64,000 nt of DNA, taken from the NCBI RefSeq assembly GCF_965247905.1, contig NZ_OZ252047.1:124620-188619 (forward strand), in the 5' to 3' direction. This stretch comes from Candidatus Spongiihabitans sp. (GTDB lineage: Bacteria > Pseudomonadota > Gammaproteobacteria > Arenicellales > Poriferihabitantaceae). The number at the start of each line of letters is the position of its first letter. Positions within the stretch are counted from its first letter, which is position 1. The position numbers and the translations under genes are program-made. Below are positions 10,185 to 20,426 of this stretch, in pieces. A model generated the notes under the pieces. The model was given only the letters and a program-made list of their open reading frames with translations, searched no databases and was not told the DNA's origin.

Positions 10185-11382
10185 ATGTTCACTGGCGCCA
10201 TGGCCCTGAGCAGCCTGCTGCCCAACCCGGCCTTGGCTTGCCCGCGCAGACAATCCCTCAACGTGGATAGCCGAGTGCTTGAAGTGCACGGCAAGCCGGC
10301 CAAGGTGTTTTCGCTGCTCAATCAGGGCGGCACACCCGGCCTGACACTCGATCCCGGTCAGCCCTTTAGCGTCCGTGTCTATAACCGGAGCGCCGCTTCG
10401 ACCGTCATCCACTGGCATGGACAAACCCCGCCCAACGACCAGGATGGCGTGCCGGATCTGACCCAGCCACCGATTAAGCCCGGCGCTTCTTATGATTACG
10501 ACTTCATGCCGCGCCCGGGCACGCACTGGATGCATTCCCACGTTGGCCTGCAGGAGCAGCGGCTTCTGGCCGCGCACAGCACCATGGACATGGACATGAA
10601 CATGAACATGGAAGGCATGGCTGGAATGGAGAATATGGCCGGGATGGAGGGCATGAGCGGGATGGTCCATCTCAACGATGTCGAATACGATGCCTACCTC
10701 GCGAACGACCGCACGCTTGACGATCCGGAAGTCATCCGGGTTGAGCTGGGCGGGCGGGTGCGGGTTCGTCTCATCAACGCGGCCAGTGCGACCAACTTCA
10801 CGGTTGATCTGGGTGAACTGCAAGGCCGTGCCGTGGCCGTTGACGGCAACGCCATCGCGCCCCTTGCCGCTCGGCGATTCCCCCTCGCCATCGCGCAGCG
10901 GCTTGATATCGAAATTGACCTGCCGGCTGGGAATGGCGCTTGGCCGGTCACGGCAATTCGTGAAGGCGCGGCGGCGCGCACCGGAATCGTGCTGGCCACC
11001 AGGAACGCGACGATTGCGAAACTGGCCGCCGAGGCGGACGAGCAAACCGGGCCGATAGACCCGATGTTCGAGCAACGCCTCCGACCCGCAACCCGGTCGC
11101 CCGCGCAAACCGCCGACCGGGCGAATATGTCACGCTGACGATTGGCAATCCAACCAGCATGGCGCACCCCACCCCATGCATCTGCACGGCGCGCATTTTC
11201 AGGTGCTGGCGCTCAATGGCAAACGATACGCCGGCGCCTTCCGCGATACGCTCCTGGTCCCAGCCAAAGGCATGGCGACAATCGGATTCCAAACCGATAA
11301 TCCCGGTCGCTGGGCCTTTCACTGCCACAATCTTTACCACATGGCGCAAGGCATGATGACGGAGGTGCGCTATATCGCCTGA
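10185..11382 (+). pseudogene. Multicopper oxidase (CopA/CumA-like), eroded
   Basis: Copper ligands HWHG, WMHSH, HP-MHLHG, FHCHNLYHM; Met-rich insert; apparent internal deletions and a 5-bp CACCC duplication near 11165-11175 split the frame. Confidence 0.8.
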
Positions 11383-11649
11383 ACCGCCTGTTGGAGAGAA
11401 ACGGTCGGGGCTGGTCGCGATGCCTTGCCCGCCCCAATCAAACTGCAGCCAATCAAGCCATCACCGACCATCGGCAAACTCGCTGACGCTGCCACAGCGG
11501 CAACGAGTCCTTCAACGACTGTGGGCATCCCTAACCCCCCAGTCCTTTTGACTGATGGGTGACCGAAAAAATACTGAATAGATTTATATCTTGTGGCGGT
11601 CCTGGATAACTACGTCATATCATCTCTAACCCATTGTTTAAATTGATTT

Positions 11650-11825
11650 AATATTAGAAGTAAATAAACTGTCCAGATTTGTAACGCGCAGATTGCCCGC
11701 TTTCGTTGGTTGCACAATCTGACCCTGTGAGTCATATCGGGCTAACCGTCTTGGCCGATACATGATCGATAAACCACCATCAAGGTGCCTGATGACCTCT
11801 ACCGTGACCTTCATGTAATGATGCT
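11650..11825 (-). mobile_element. Remnant of an ISNCY (IS1202-like) transposase 3' end with its right end
   Basis: HHYMKVTVEVIRHLDGGLSIMYRPRRLARYDSQG followed by GCGGGCAATCTGCGCGTTACAAATCTGGACAGTTT, resembling ISNCY ends. Confidence 0.55.
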
Positions 11826-11869
11826 GAAAAGCGGCATCCGTTCCCAACACCACCGCGGAGCGTATCGCA

Positions 11870-12135
11870 ACCCCCCGAACCCCCCTTGTCAGGGGGGCTT
11901 CGCATCGTCCGCTCGCAATGACGGCGGCGCGCTCAGTCTCCCCCCTGACAAGGGGGGGGGTTCGCGGATTGCTCCGTCTCCTCAAAGGCGGCCTGCGGTT
12001 CAATCCAGCGCGGCCTGGAAAATCACCCCCCACGGGGGAGTGATTATTAGGCTCGGCAAAGGCGCGCGTCGGCTTCGCCGCCAGATAATAACGGCCCGTC
12101 ATTATCGGGCTTGACCCGATAATCCAGTGAAACAC
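11870..12135. repeat. Cluster of palindromic repeats (CCCCCTTGTCAGGGGGG inverted pair; GTCATTATCGGGCTTGACCCGATAATCCAG)
   Basis: Inverted pair at ~11877-11897 and ~11940-11963; the REP at ~12098-12127 recurs in reverse at ~50092 and ~50644. Confidence 0.7.
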
Positions 12136-12202
12136 CCAGCGGCGACAGCCGCTGACCTTGCCCGACGGCGATGGCGGTTTTTCCATCCCGCAATCATCGC
12201 TA

Positions 12203-12231
12203 TTGACATAAACTAATCTCTGGACTATACT
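12203..12231 (+). promoter_or_regulatory. Sigma70 promoter upstream of the riboswitch and metZ
   Basis: TTGACA-17 bp-TATACT. Confidence 0.75.
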
Positions 12232-12237
12232 TCTGTT

Positions 12238-12292
12238 TCAGCGCCGATTTGATTATCAGCTTGCGGGCGCTTAAAAATACGGCTAAAGAGTC
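12238..12292 (+). ncRNA. SAM-II (SAM_alpha)-type riboswitch aptamer
   Basis: AGCGCC-GATTTG...TTGC-GGGCGCT-TAAAAAT..GCTAAAGAG matches the SAM-II layout; lies directly after the promoter and upstream of a Met-biosynthesis gene. Confidence 0.75.
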
Positions 12293-12424
12293 GCAGAACA
12301 AACCTGCTTTTTGCCTTGGCTTTTTGGCCTTTAGCACATCTCAATAGCAAAGCTGGAAGCGGGTTTTTTATGCCCGCGTCAATCATATGCAGATAAATAT
12401 GCGGATAATATTGAGGCGCGAAAA

Positions 12425-13621
12425 ATGTCAAAACAGTCACAAAAATACCACCGCCAGACTACGGCAATACGATGCGGTCATCGTCGGACTGCCGAGCAGG
12501 AGCACAACGAACCGATCTTCGCGACCTCGAGCTATGTTTTTGAAAATGCTCAGCAGGCAAGCGATCGGTTCAGCGGCGAGCAAGCGGGCAATGTTTACTC
12601 CCGATTCACCAACCCCACGGTAGCCGCATTCGAGGCGCGCCTGGCGGCCATGGAGGGCGCGCAATATTGCGTCGCCACCGCTTCGGGCATGGCGGCAATC
12701 TCCGGTCTGGTGCTTGCCTTGCTCAATGGCGGCGATCACATCGTCGCATCAACCGGCTTGTTCGGGTCGACCGTGTCGTTGTTCACCAAGTATTTCAGCC
12801 GCTTCAATATCAACACCACCTTCGTTAGTTTGACCGATATAGAACAGTGGAAACTTGCAATCCGACCCAATACCAGGCTGATATTTTTGGAAACCCCGTC
12901 AAACCCGCTGTGCGAAATCGCCGATATTGCCGCCATCGCCGCCATCGCCGACCAAGCAGGCGCGTGGCTGGCAGTGGATAACGCATTTTGCACGCCGGTG
13001 CTGCAACAGCCATTCTCGCATGGCGCGCACATCGTGGTGCATACTGCGACTAAATACCTTGATGGACAGGGCCGTTGCGTGGGCGGCGCGCTGGTGACCA
13101 ATGATGAAAAAATCTATGATGAATTGTTCGCCATGCTGCGCACTACCGGGCCGTGCCTGAGTCCGTTTAATGCGTGGACTTTTAGCAAAGGGTTGGAGAC
13201 GCTGGAGTTGCGAATGAAACAGCACTGCGAAAATGCGCTGACCGTGGCGCAATGGCTGGAGGCGCATCCGGCGGTCAGCCGGGTTTACTACCCGGGGCTT
13301 GCCTCCCATCCCCAACGAAAATTGGCGCAATCCCAGCACAGTGGATTTGGCGGCATTGTCTCGTTTGAAGTCAAGGGTGTGAAACACGAAGCTTGGCAAG
13401 TCATCGACGCCACCGAGTTCATATCCATCACCGCCAATCTGGGCGACACAAAAACCACCATCACCCATCCTGCGAGCACCACCCACTCAAGAATTACGCA
13501 ACAGCAACGCGACCGCGCGCGCATAACGGATTCATTGATTCGAGTTGCGGTGGGCTTGGAACATGTTGACGACATCATCGGCGACCTGAAAATCGGCCTA
13601 GACAAAATTAGTCATGAATAA
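12425..13621 (+). CDS. metZ: O-succinylhomoserine sulfhydrylase
   Basis: EHNEPIFATSS, YSRFTNPT, TASGMAA, ETPSNP, HTATKYLDGQGR, ITANLGD. Confidence 0.93.
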   Translation: MSKQSQKYHRQTTAIRCGHRRTAEQEHNEPIFATSSYVFENAQQASDRFSGEQAGNVYSRFTNPTVAAFEARLAAMEGAQYCVATASGMAAISGLVLALLNGGDHIVASTGLFGSTVSLFTKYFSRFNINTTFVSLTDIEQWKLAIRPNTRLIFLETPSNPLCEIADIAAIAAIADQAGAWLAVDNAFCTPVLQQPFSHGAHIVVHTATKYLDGQGRCVGGALVTNDEKIYDELFAMLRTTGPCLSPFNAWTFSKGLETLELRMKQHCENALTVAQWLEAHPAVSRVYYPGLASHPQRKLAQSQHSGFGGIVSFEVKGVKHEAWQVIDATEFISITANLGDTKTTITHPASTTHSRITQQQRDRARITDSLIRVAVGLEHVDDIIGDLKIGLDKISHE

Positions 13622-13660
13622 AATTAGTCATGAATAAAATTAGCCGTGGATAAAATTGCC
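13605..13660 (+). repeat. 16-bp tandem repeat spanning the metZ stop codon
   Basis: AAATTAGTCATGAATA x2, AAATTAGCCGTGGATA, AAATTGCC. Confidence 0.85.
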
Positions 13661-13682
13661 GACCTCGCCGTCGGGTAATGTC

Positions 13683-13810
13683 AGCGGCTACGCCGGGGTT
13701 TTTACTGGATTCCCGTTTTCACGGGAATGACGGGGGGTGAGTTGTGAAGGGCGGGGATGACGGCTTCGCTGAGCCTAACAATCCCGCCTGAGAGGGATGA
13801 CGGCGGGGTC
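13683..13810 (-). repeat. REP-like composite repeat
   Basis: CTGGATTCCCGTTTTCACGGGAATGACG plus a GGCTTCGCTGAGCC module also seen (inverted) at ~9720-9742. Confidence 0.65.
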
Positions 13811-13874
13811 TGAAGTGGGTGAAGCGAAGCTATTCTCCGAGTCCGTCGGTCTATTGTTTTAGCAGGTCATTCCC

Positions 13875-14396
13875 TTAATTTGAATAATGCTGCAGGTTTT
13901 TATACTGTGGTATGCGGCTGACATAAATTTCCGCAGCGCGTTTTACGTCCGCAACCTCTTGGTCGGTCAGTTTTCTGACCACCGTGGCCGGGGCGCCCAA
14001 AATCAAGGTTCGATCCGGGAATGCCTTATTTTCCGTAACCAGAGCATTCGCCCCCACCAAGCAGCACTCGCCGATGATCGCTTTATTCATAATGACGCTG
14101 CCGATGCCGATTAAACTGCCGGTTTTAATGTGGCAGCCATGCAGCATGCTGCCGTGCCCTATCGTGACATTGTCTTCGATGGTCAGCGGCAGGCCCGGAT
14201 CGGTGTGCAAAACACTGCCGTCCTGAACATTCGAGCGATTGCCAATGCGGATTAATTCGTTGTCGCCGCGCAGCACCGCATTGAACCAGACGCTGGCCTG
14301 TTCGCCGATGCGCACCAGACCAATGACATCCGCGCTAGGTGCGACGAAACTGCTGATCGCTATTTCCGGTATTCTGTCGCCGAGTGCATAAATCAT
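13875..14396 (-). CDS. Gamma-carbonic-anhydrase-family hexapeptide protein
   Basis: SVWFNAVLRGD, SNVQDGSVLH, VTIGHGSMLHGC. Confidence 0.9.
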   Translation of the reverse strand: MIYALGDRIPEIAISSFVAPSADVIGLVRIGEQASVWFNAVLRGDNELIRIGNRSNVQDGSVLHTDPGLPLTIEDNVTIGHGSMLHGCHIKTGSLIGIGSVIMNKAIIGECCLVGANALVTENKAFPDRTLILGAPATVVRKLTDQEVADVKRAAEIYVSRIPQYKNLQHYSN

Positions 14397-14421
14397 AGGG
14401 CATCATGGGCTATGCTGCCGC

Positions 14422-15489
14422 CTACATCAGCAACGGCTTGTCCACATCCTGAACCAGCTTGCTCTGCTGCCGCCATTTCAGGGTCATTAACTGCGACAGT
14501 TTTTCCACCATCGTTTGCTTCTCGGAGTATTCGATCAAAATAAGTTCGGCATCGTTGCGCAGCGACATCAAATAATCATCGCTGGTTTGCAGCAGGTCAA
14601 CCAAACCAAGTTCCAAGGCCCGGGTGCCGAGCCAGTGCTCTCCGGTGGCCACCTTGTCCACATCCAGGCCCGGGCGCTGGGATTTCACAAAACTCTTGAA
14701 CAACGCATGGGTTTCTTCAAGTTCCGCCTGCATTTTGGCGCGCCCCTTGGCCGTGTTTTCGCCAAACAGCGTCAACGTGCGCTTGAACTCGCCGGCGTAT
14801 AATTGCTCAAAATCAACATCATGTTTTTTCAAGAGGCGATTTAGATTGGGTATTTGCGCCAGCACGCCAATCGAGCCGATGATGGCAAAGGGCGCGGCGA
14901 TGATCTTGTTGGCGACGCAGGCCATCATATAGCCGCCGCTGGCCGCCACTTTGTCAACGGCAATGGTCAGCGGGATGCCTTGGTCGCGGATGCGCTGCAG
15001 CTGCGAGGCGGCCAAGCCGTAGCCGTGCACCGTGCCGCCGCCGCTTTCCAAGCGCACCAGCACTTCATCCTCCTTATCGGCGATGGTCAGCAATGCGCTG
15101 ATTTCCTGGCGCATGTTTTCCACATCGGTGGCTTTTATGTCGCCGTCGAAATCAAGCACGAACAATCGTTTTTTCCGGGACTCATCAGCCTTGCCGGCCT
15201 CTTTTTTAGCGGTCTTTCCGGCTTTCTTTTCCGCTTTCGCGGCTTGCTTCTCCTTTTTCTGGTCGGCCTTCATTTTCCGCTTTAATCCCACCTCGGTTAA
15301 GGCGGCGGCGGCAATGGTTTTTTCCATTTCCTCGTAGCGGGGGTTGAGGTGAGTTATTTCCAATCGTTTTTCCGTGCTCTTTTTTTGACGCATTGCCAGG
15401 GAGATAATGCCGCCCACAACGATCAGTATGGTGACGACAATGGTGATGGCTTTGGCCAGGAACAGGCCGTATTCAGCGAGAAATTGCAT
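14422..15489 (-). CDS. sohB: Protease SohB (S49)
   Basis: EYGLFLAK, LESGGGTVHGYGLAASQL, VAASGGYMMACVA, VATGEHW. Confidence 0.95.
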   Translation of the reverse strand: MQFLAEYGLFLAKAITIVVTILIVVGGIISLAMRQKKSTEKRLEITHLNPRYEEMEKTIAAAALTEVGLKRKMKADQKKEKQAAKAEKKAGKTAKKEAGKADESRKKRLFVLDFDGDIKATDVENMRQEISALLTIADKEDEVLVRLESGGGTVHGYGLAASQLQRIRDQGIPLTIAVDKVAASGGYMMACVANKIIAAPFAIIGSIGVLAQIPNLNRLLKKHDVDFEQLYAGEFKRTLTLFGENTAKGRAKMQAELEETHALFKSFVKSQRPGLDVDKVATGEHWLGTRALELGLVDLLQTSDDYLMSLRNDAELILIEYSEKQTMVEKLSQLMTLKWRQQSKLVQDVDKPLLM

Positions 15490-15560
15490 AGTGGTTTCGT
15501 TGCCTTTTTTGTGAGTTTGTGCTTTTGTGAATGATTGCTTTTAGGGTTACGCCTTTATGA

Positions 15561-17228
15561 TTATCTGGCGATTCTGGCCCAGGCATCGCGCAAAGTTACA
15601 ATGCGATTATAAATGAGATTTCCGCTGTTGCTATCCTGGTCGGCGTAGAAATAACCCAGCCGTTCAAACTGGTATCGGGTATCCGCTTTGGGCGATGCCA
15701 AACTGGCTTCCAGTTTGCACTGCGGCAATATATGCAGGGAATCTGGATTAAGCGCCTGTTTGAAATCTCGGCTTTTGTCTGCTCGAGGATTCGCTTCCGA
15801 AAAAAGCCGATCATAAAGCCGCACTTCGGCCTCGACGCAATGACTGGCTGACACCCAATGAATAATGCCTTTCACTTTCCGGCCACCCGGCGCACGACCG
15901 CGCCGCGTATCAGGATCGTATTGACATCTTAATTCCATGACCTCGCCGGCTGGGTTTTTAATCACCTCGGTGCAGCGAATCACAAAACCATAGCGCAGAC
16001 GCACTTCACGGTCGGGCGCAAGACGAAAAAACTTGTCCGGCGGGCGCTCCATGAAATCATCTTGCTCGATGTAAATTTCCCGGCCCAGAGCGATTGTTCG
16101 CGTCCCCATGGACGCATCCCGCGGATGATTCGGCGCCTGGATTTGTTCATGCTCGCCTTCGGGGTAGTTTTCAATGATAACTTTAAGCGGCCGTAAAACC
16201 GCCATGGCGCGCGGCGCAATGGGCTCTAAATCCTCGCGCACGCTGTTTTCCAAAACGCCCATTTCGATCATATTGTCGCTTTTGGTAATCCCTACGGCGG
16301 CGATGAAATTGCGGATGGACGCGGGCGTGAAACCGCGCCGCCGCAATCCGCAAATAGTCGGCATTCTCGGATCGTCCCATCCTTGTACGCTTCCGTTTTC
16401 CACCAACTGAGTGAGCATGCGCTTGCTCATCACCGCGTAGTTGAGATTGAGCCGGGAAAACTCGATTTGCTGCGGATGGCACGGCGCGGAAATGTTGTCC
16501 AGCAGCCAGTCGTACAGCGCGCGATGGTCTTCAAATTCAAGCGTGCACAACGAATGGGTCACGCCCTCGATGGCATCGCTGAGTCCATGGGTGAAATCGT
16601 ACATCGGATAGATGCACCAAGTATTGCCGGTGCGTTGATGATCATGGTGGCGGATACGATAAATCACCGGATCGCGCAAGTTGATGTTGGGCGACGCCAT
16701 GTCAATTTTCGCGCGCAGGACCTGCGCCCCGTCGGCAAACTCGCCGGCGCGCATCTGCGCGAACAGATCGCGGTTCTCGGCCACGCTTCGCCCGCGATAG
16801 GGGCTGTCCTGGCCGGGCTCGGTCAGGGTGCCGCGATACTGCCTGATTTTTTCGGCGTCCAGACTATCGACATAGGCAAGCCCTTTGTCGATCAACTCGC
16901 AAGCGAAACCGTGCAACTGCTCAAAGTAGTCCGATGCGTGGGCGATGCGCTGCCATTGATAGCCCAGCCAACGCACATCCTGTTCAATGGCGGCGACAAA
17001 TTCCGCTTGTTCCCTCGCCGGATTGGTGTCGTCGAAGCGCAAGGTGCATTTGCCGTTATAATCATCGGCGATGCCAAAATTGAGCCAAATTGATTTGGCA
17101 TGTCCAATATGCAAATAGCCATTCGGCTCCGGCGGAAATCGCGTGACAATGACATCATGTTTTCCCGATGCCAAGTCGCGGTCAATGATTTGACGGATAA
17201 AGTTGGTCGGTTTGGCGGCGGCGGACAT
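15561..17228 (-). CDS. glnS: Glutamine--tRNA ligase
   Basis: [32 protein letters not shown]. Confidence 0.97.
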   Translation of the reverse strand: MSAAAKPTNFIRQIIDRDLASGKHDVIVTRFPPEPNGYLHIGHAKSIWLNFGIADDYNGKCTLRFDDTNPAREQAEFVAAIEQDVRWLGYQWQRIAHASDYFEQLHGFACELIDKGLAYVDSLDAEKIRQYRGTLTEPGQDSPYRGRSVAENRDLFAQMRAGEFADGAQVLRAKIDMASPNINLRDPVIYRIRHHDHQRTGNTWCIYPMYDFTHGLSDAIEGVTHSLCTLEFEDHRALYDWLLDNISAPCHPQQIEFSRLNLNYAVMSKRMLTQLVENGSVQGWDDPRMPTICGLRRRGFTPASIRNFIAAVGITKSDNMIEMGVLENSVREDLEPIAPRAMAVLRPLKVIIENYPEGEHEQIQAPNHPRDASMGTRTIALGREIYIEQDDFMERPPDKFFRLAPDREVRLRYGFVIRCTEVIKNPAGEVMELRCQYDPDTRRGRAPGGRKVKGIIHWVSASHCVEAEVRLYDRLFSEANPRADKSRDFKQALNPDSLHILPQCKLEASLASPKADTRYQFERLGYFYADQDSNSGNLIYNRIVTLRDAWARIAR

Positions 17229-17504
17229 GGGCAGTTGGGCTTGACCAACGGGCGGTTTGATAAATGGGCGTGGAGTATAGCGAATTTCAAGCGGTCAGGC
17301 ATTGATTGCATTGTCAGTCCCATTTCGACCGAAACAGCACACTAGCCCGGCGCAAGGCAGGCAAAAGCAACACGGACAATCACCTGGTAAGTTTTCGCCC
17401 ATTTGATAATTGGCCGATTAACTAGTCGATTAACCGGCCTGTTAACTGGTACTATCGCCAGCATTGAACAAGCATAATGAGCGGAAGATATTTCGATACC
17501 AGTT

Positions 17505-18437
17505 TTGAGTAAATTTGACCGCAACCTCGGCCTGAGGCAACTACGCAATGCCTTTGGGACATTTCTTACCGGCGTTACTGTGGTGACTTGCCGGGAAGAA
17601 AGCGGGATTCCACGCGGTTTTACCGCTAATTCATTTACCTCAGTTTCACTGCACCCGCCGAGGTTGTTAATTTGTGTCGATAAGACGGCGGAAAGTTTCG
17701 ATGTATTTACCCAATCGAAAGGGTTCGCAGTCAATATTTTGGCAGAAACCCAGATTGAAATTTCGGGGCTGTTTGCTTCAAAGCGCGCGGATAAATTTGA
17801 CATTGCAGATTGGTCAGAAAGTGAAAATGGCAATCCAATATTGGAGGGCGTGTGTGCATGGTTTGATTGCAAATGTGACCCGGTGATCGATGTTGGCGAT
17901 CATATTATCTTGATTGGACGGATCGAGTCCTATGACTATAACGGAAACATGGGTCTTGGTTATGTCCGGGGCGGTTATTTAAGCCTTGGGCTGGAACAAT
18001 CCGCGGTCGAGGCCGTTGGCGGCGATGCTGACGTAATTGTCGGAGCGATTGTCGAGTACGATGGAAAAGTTTTACTGATCGAAAATGCCGTTACCGGGGA
18101 ATTGCATGTGCCCGCCAGTGGATTGGATGGCACCTCCGGTTCGCTTGGCAAATTACAGAACTACTTGACTCAGTTGGGAATTGGTATATCACTGAGCGTT
18201 CTGTTTGCTGTTTTTGAGAACGAAAAAACCGGGCAGCAGTCAATTTATTACCGTGCGAAAGCCGATTCCGATTTGGTGGGCAATAAATTTTGGTCATTCG
18301 ATGAAATTCCGTGGCAGCGTATCGGATCGGATGCGATTAAAATAATGCTACAAAGATATATTGATGAATCCAAACGCCAACGCTACGGAATATATTTCGG
18401 TAGCGACCGCGACGGCGCAGTTGAAACATTACGGTAA
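17505..18437 (+). CDS. Flavin reductase with C-terminal extension (TgnA-like)
   Basis: LRNAFGTFLTGVTVVT, FTANSFTSVSL, GDHIILIG; first gene of a cluster with an LLM monooxygenase. Confidence 0.8.
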   Translation: MSKFDRNLGLRQLRNAFGTFLTGVTVVTCREESGIPRGFTANSFTSVSLHPPRLLICVDKTAESFDVFTQSKGFAVNILAETQIEISGLFASKRADKFDIADWSESENGNPILEGVCAWFDCKCDPVIDVGDHIILIGRIESYDYNGNMGLGYVRGGYLSLGLEQSAVEAVGGDADVIVGAIVEYDGKVLLIENAVTGELHVPASGLDGTSGSLGKLQNYLTQLGIGISLSVLFAVFENEKTGQQSIYYRAKADSDLVGNKFWSFDEIPWQRIGSDAIKIMLQRYIDESKRQRYGIYFGSDRDGAVETLR

Positions 18438-18521
18438 TTATTCATCAAGACAAAGTTAAAATAACAACCCGAACAACACCAAATATCCAGCCCATATATC
18501 ATATCCAGACGAGACATCGGC

Positions 18522-19559
18522 ATGAAAATATCCCTGTTTGCGCATATGGAGCGTGATGACCCGAATCATTCCTATGCAGCACTATATGCACAGTTTTTGG
18601 AATTGTGTGAAATGGCCGATCGAGGCGGTTTTAGCGGGATATGGGTGGGTGAGCACCATGGGATGGATTTCACCATTGCGCCGAACCCGTTTGCACAACT
18701 ATGCGACCTGGCCAACCGAACATCAAACCTCAGGCTAGGGACTGCTACCATAGTCGCGCCATTTTGGCATCCCATCAAATTGGCTGGAGAAATAGCGATG
18801 GTGGATATCATCACCGACGGACGGCTTGAAGTCAGTATTTCAAGAGGCGCTTATGAATTTGAATACGAGCGTCTGTCGCCGGGCCTGGATGCCTGGACAG
18901 CGGGAGAAATGTTGAGGGAAATTGTCCCGGCAATCAAGGAAATCTGGAAAGGTGATTATGCCCACGACGGCAAGCACTGGAAGTTTCCTGCGGTAACTTC
19001 AGTTCCTGCGCCAATGCAGGATCCTCATCCGCCGTTATGGATTGCCGCCCGAAATCCCGACAGTCACGATTTTGCAGTGACCAGTCAATGCAATGTCCAG
19101 GTGACGCCGCTATGGCAAAATGATGGTGAAGTGGCAGATTTGATGGACAAATTTAACACCGCCGTAACAAACAATCCCAATGTGCCGCGCCCAAAAATTA
19201 TGGTGCTTCGTCATACCTATGTGGGCGCGAATGAGGCCGACCTAAGCCGTGCCGCGAAAAAACTAAGCGAATATTACTGCACCTTTGGAGCCTGGTTCAA
19301 GAATAGCCGACCGGTACACAATGGCAGAATTGATCCATTGTCCGCCGAAGAGCGCGCCCAGATCGAAATGTTTTCACCCGATAATATGCGCGCCAATAAT
19401 ATCGTCGGCAGTCCGGATCGGGTTATCGAAAGACTAAAACATTATGAATCTCTGGGCTACGATGAATACGCTTTTTGGATTGATACGGGAATGAGTCACG
19501 AGACAAAAAAGAAATCGCTACAGTTATTCATTGATGAAGTGCTGCCGGAATTTTCCTGA
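18522..19559 (+). CDS. tgnB: LLM-class flavin-dependent monooxygenase, trigonelline monooxygenase TgnB-like
   Basis: SLFAHMER, GEHHGMDFTIAPNPF, APFWHPIKLAGE, FEYERL, YDEYAFWIDTGMS, as recalled for Acinetobacter TgnB. Confidence 0.75.
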   Translation: MKISLFAHMERDDPNHSYAALYAQFLELCEMADRGGFSGIWVGEHHGMDFTIAPNPFAQLCDLANRTSNLRLGTATIVAPFWHPIKLAGEIAMVDIITDGRLEVSISRGAYEFEYERLSPGLDAWTAGEMLREIVPAIKEIWKGDYAHDGKHWKFPAVTSVPAPMQDPHPPLWIAARNPDSHDFAVTSQCNVQVTPLWQNDGEVADLMDKFNTAVTNNPNVPRPKIMVLRHTYVGANEADLSRAAKKLSEYYCTFGAWFKNSRPVHNGRIDPLSAEERAQIEMFSPDNMRANNIVGSPDRVIERLKHYESLGYDEYAFWIDTGMSHETKKKSLQLFIDEVLPEFS

Positions 19560-19574
19560 GCGGCCAGGAAATGA

Positions 19575-20426
19575 ATGAAATACGGCATGAATAAAAAAGT
19601 GCATCAGGGCAGCGGTTATCGGTTAGTGGGTAATCCGTCAACAAAGCCGGTATTGGCGCTTATTCATGGCGTAGGGTTGAATCAGGATATGTGGTTGCCC
19701 TGGATACCGATTTTGCAACCGGGCTTTTGTGTCTTGACCTTTGACCTGTTAGGTCATGGGCAGTCCCGCAACCCAACCGGCCACAGAACCGCAATTGATT
19801 TTGCTGACCAACTGCATGAATTGCTGGCGCATTTAAAGGTCGATCGATTGGCACTGGCCGGGTTTTCGTTGGGTGCGCTTATTGCCCAAGCCTTTGCTGC
19901 GCTGCATAGCAGTCGGCTGACGCATTTAGTATTGCTGCACAGCGTCTATCAACGCACCGAAGAGCAGTGTCAGCGCGTGCGAGAACGCTACCAAATCGCC
20001 CGCGAGCAAGGCCCGATGGCGACCGTGGAACTGGCTATTGCCCGTTGGTTTTCCGAGTCATATCGCGCTGCTAATCCGGAGAAAATGGATCAATTGCGAG
20101 AAATATTTTCCAGGCATACTGATGACGGTTACCTGAAAGCATACTATCTTTTCTGCAACGCCGAAACGGAAATGCAAAACTATCCCCTTGAGCAGGTCAA
20201 TTGCCCGGCGTTGGTGATTACCGGTGCTGATGATGCGGGCTCCACAGCGGCGATGTCTGAGGCCTTGGCTCGGGATCTGCCCAATGCCGAATTAATCATT
20301 AACCCGCGCCAGCGGCACATGGGTCCGGCGGAATTTGCTGAAATGATGGCTAATCAAGTGCTATGCTTTCTAACCGCTAATGGTCAAAACCAAGACGCGC
20401 AAACCAGCATGAGCAAGCCGACATGA
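19575..20426 (+). CDS. Alpha/beta hydrolase (TgnD-like)
   Basis: IHGVGL, DLLGHG, GFSLG nucleophile elbow; position within the cluster. Confidence 0.75.
   Translation: MKYGMNKKVHQGSGYRLVGNPSTKPVLALIHGVGLNQDMWLPWIPILQPGFCVLTFDLLGHGQSRNPTGHRTAIDFADQLHELLAHLKVDRLALAGFSLGALIAQAFAALHSSRLTHLVLLHSVYQRTEEQCQRVRERYQIAREQGPMATVELAIARWFSESYRAANPEKMDQLREIFSRHTDDGYLKAYYLFCNAETEMQNYPLEQVNCPALVITGADDAGSTAAMSEALARDLPNAELIINPRQRHMGPAEFAEMMANQVLCFLTANGQNQDAQTSMSKPT

Noticed and set aside
13605-13660. Short tandem repeats (also 8295-8350 and 48255-48300) as CRISPR arrays
   Set aside because: Units are 13-16 bp, directly adjacent with no unique spacers, and no cas genes are present.
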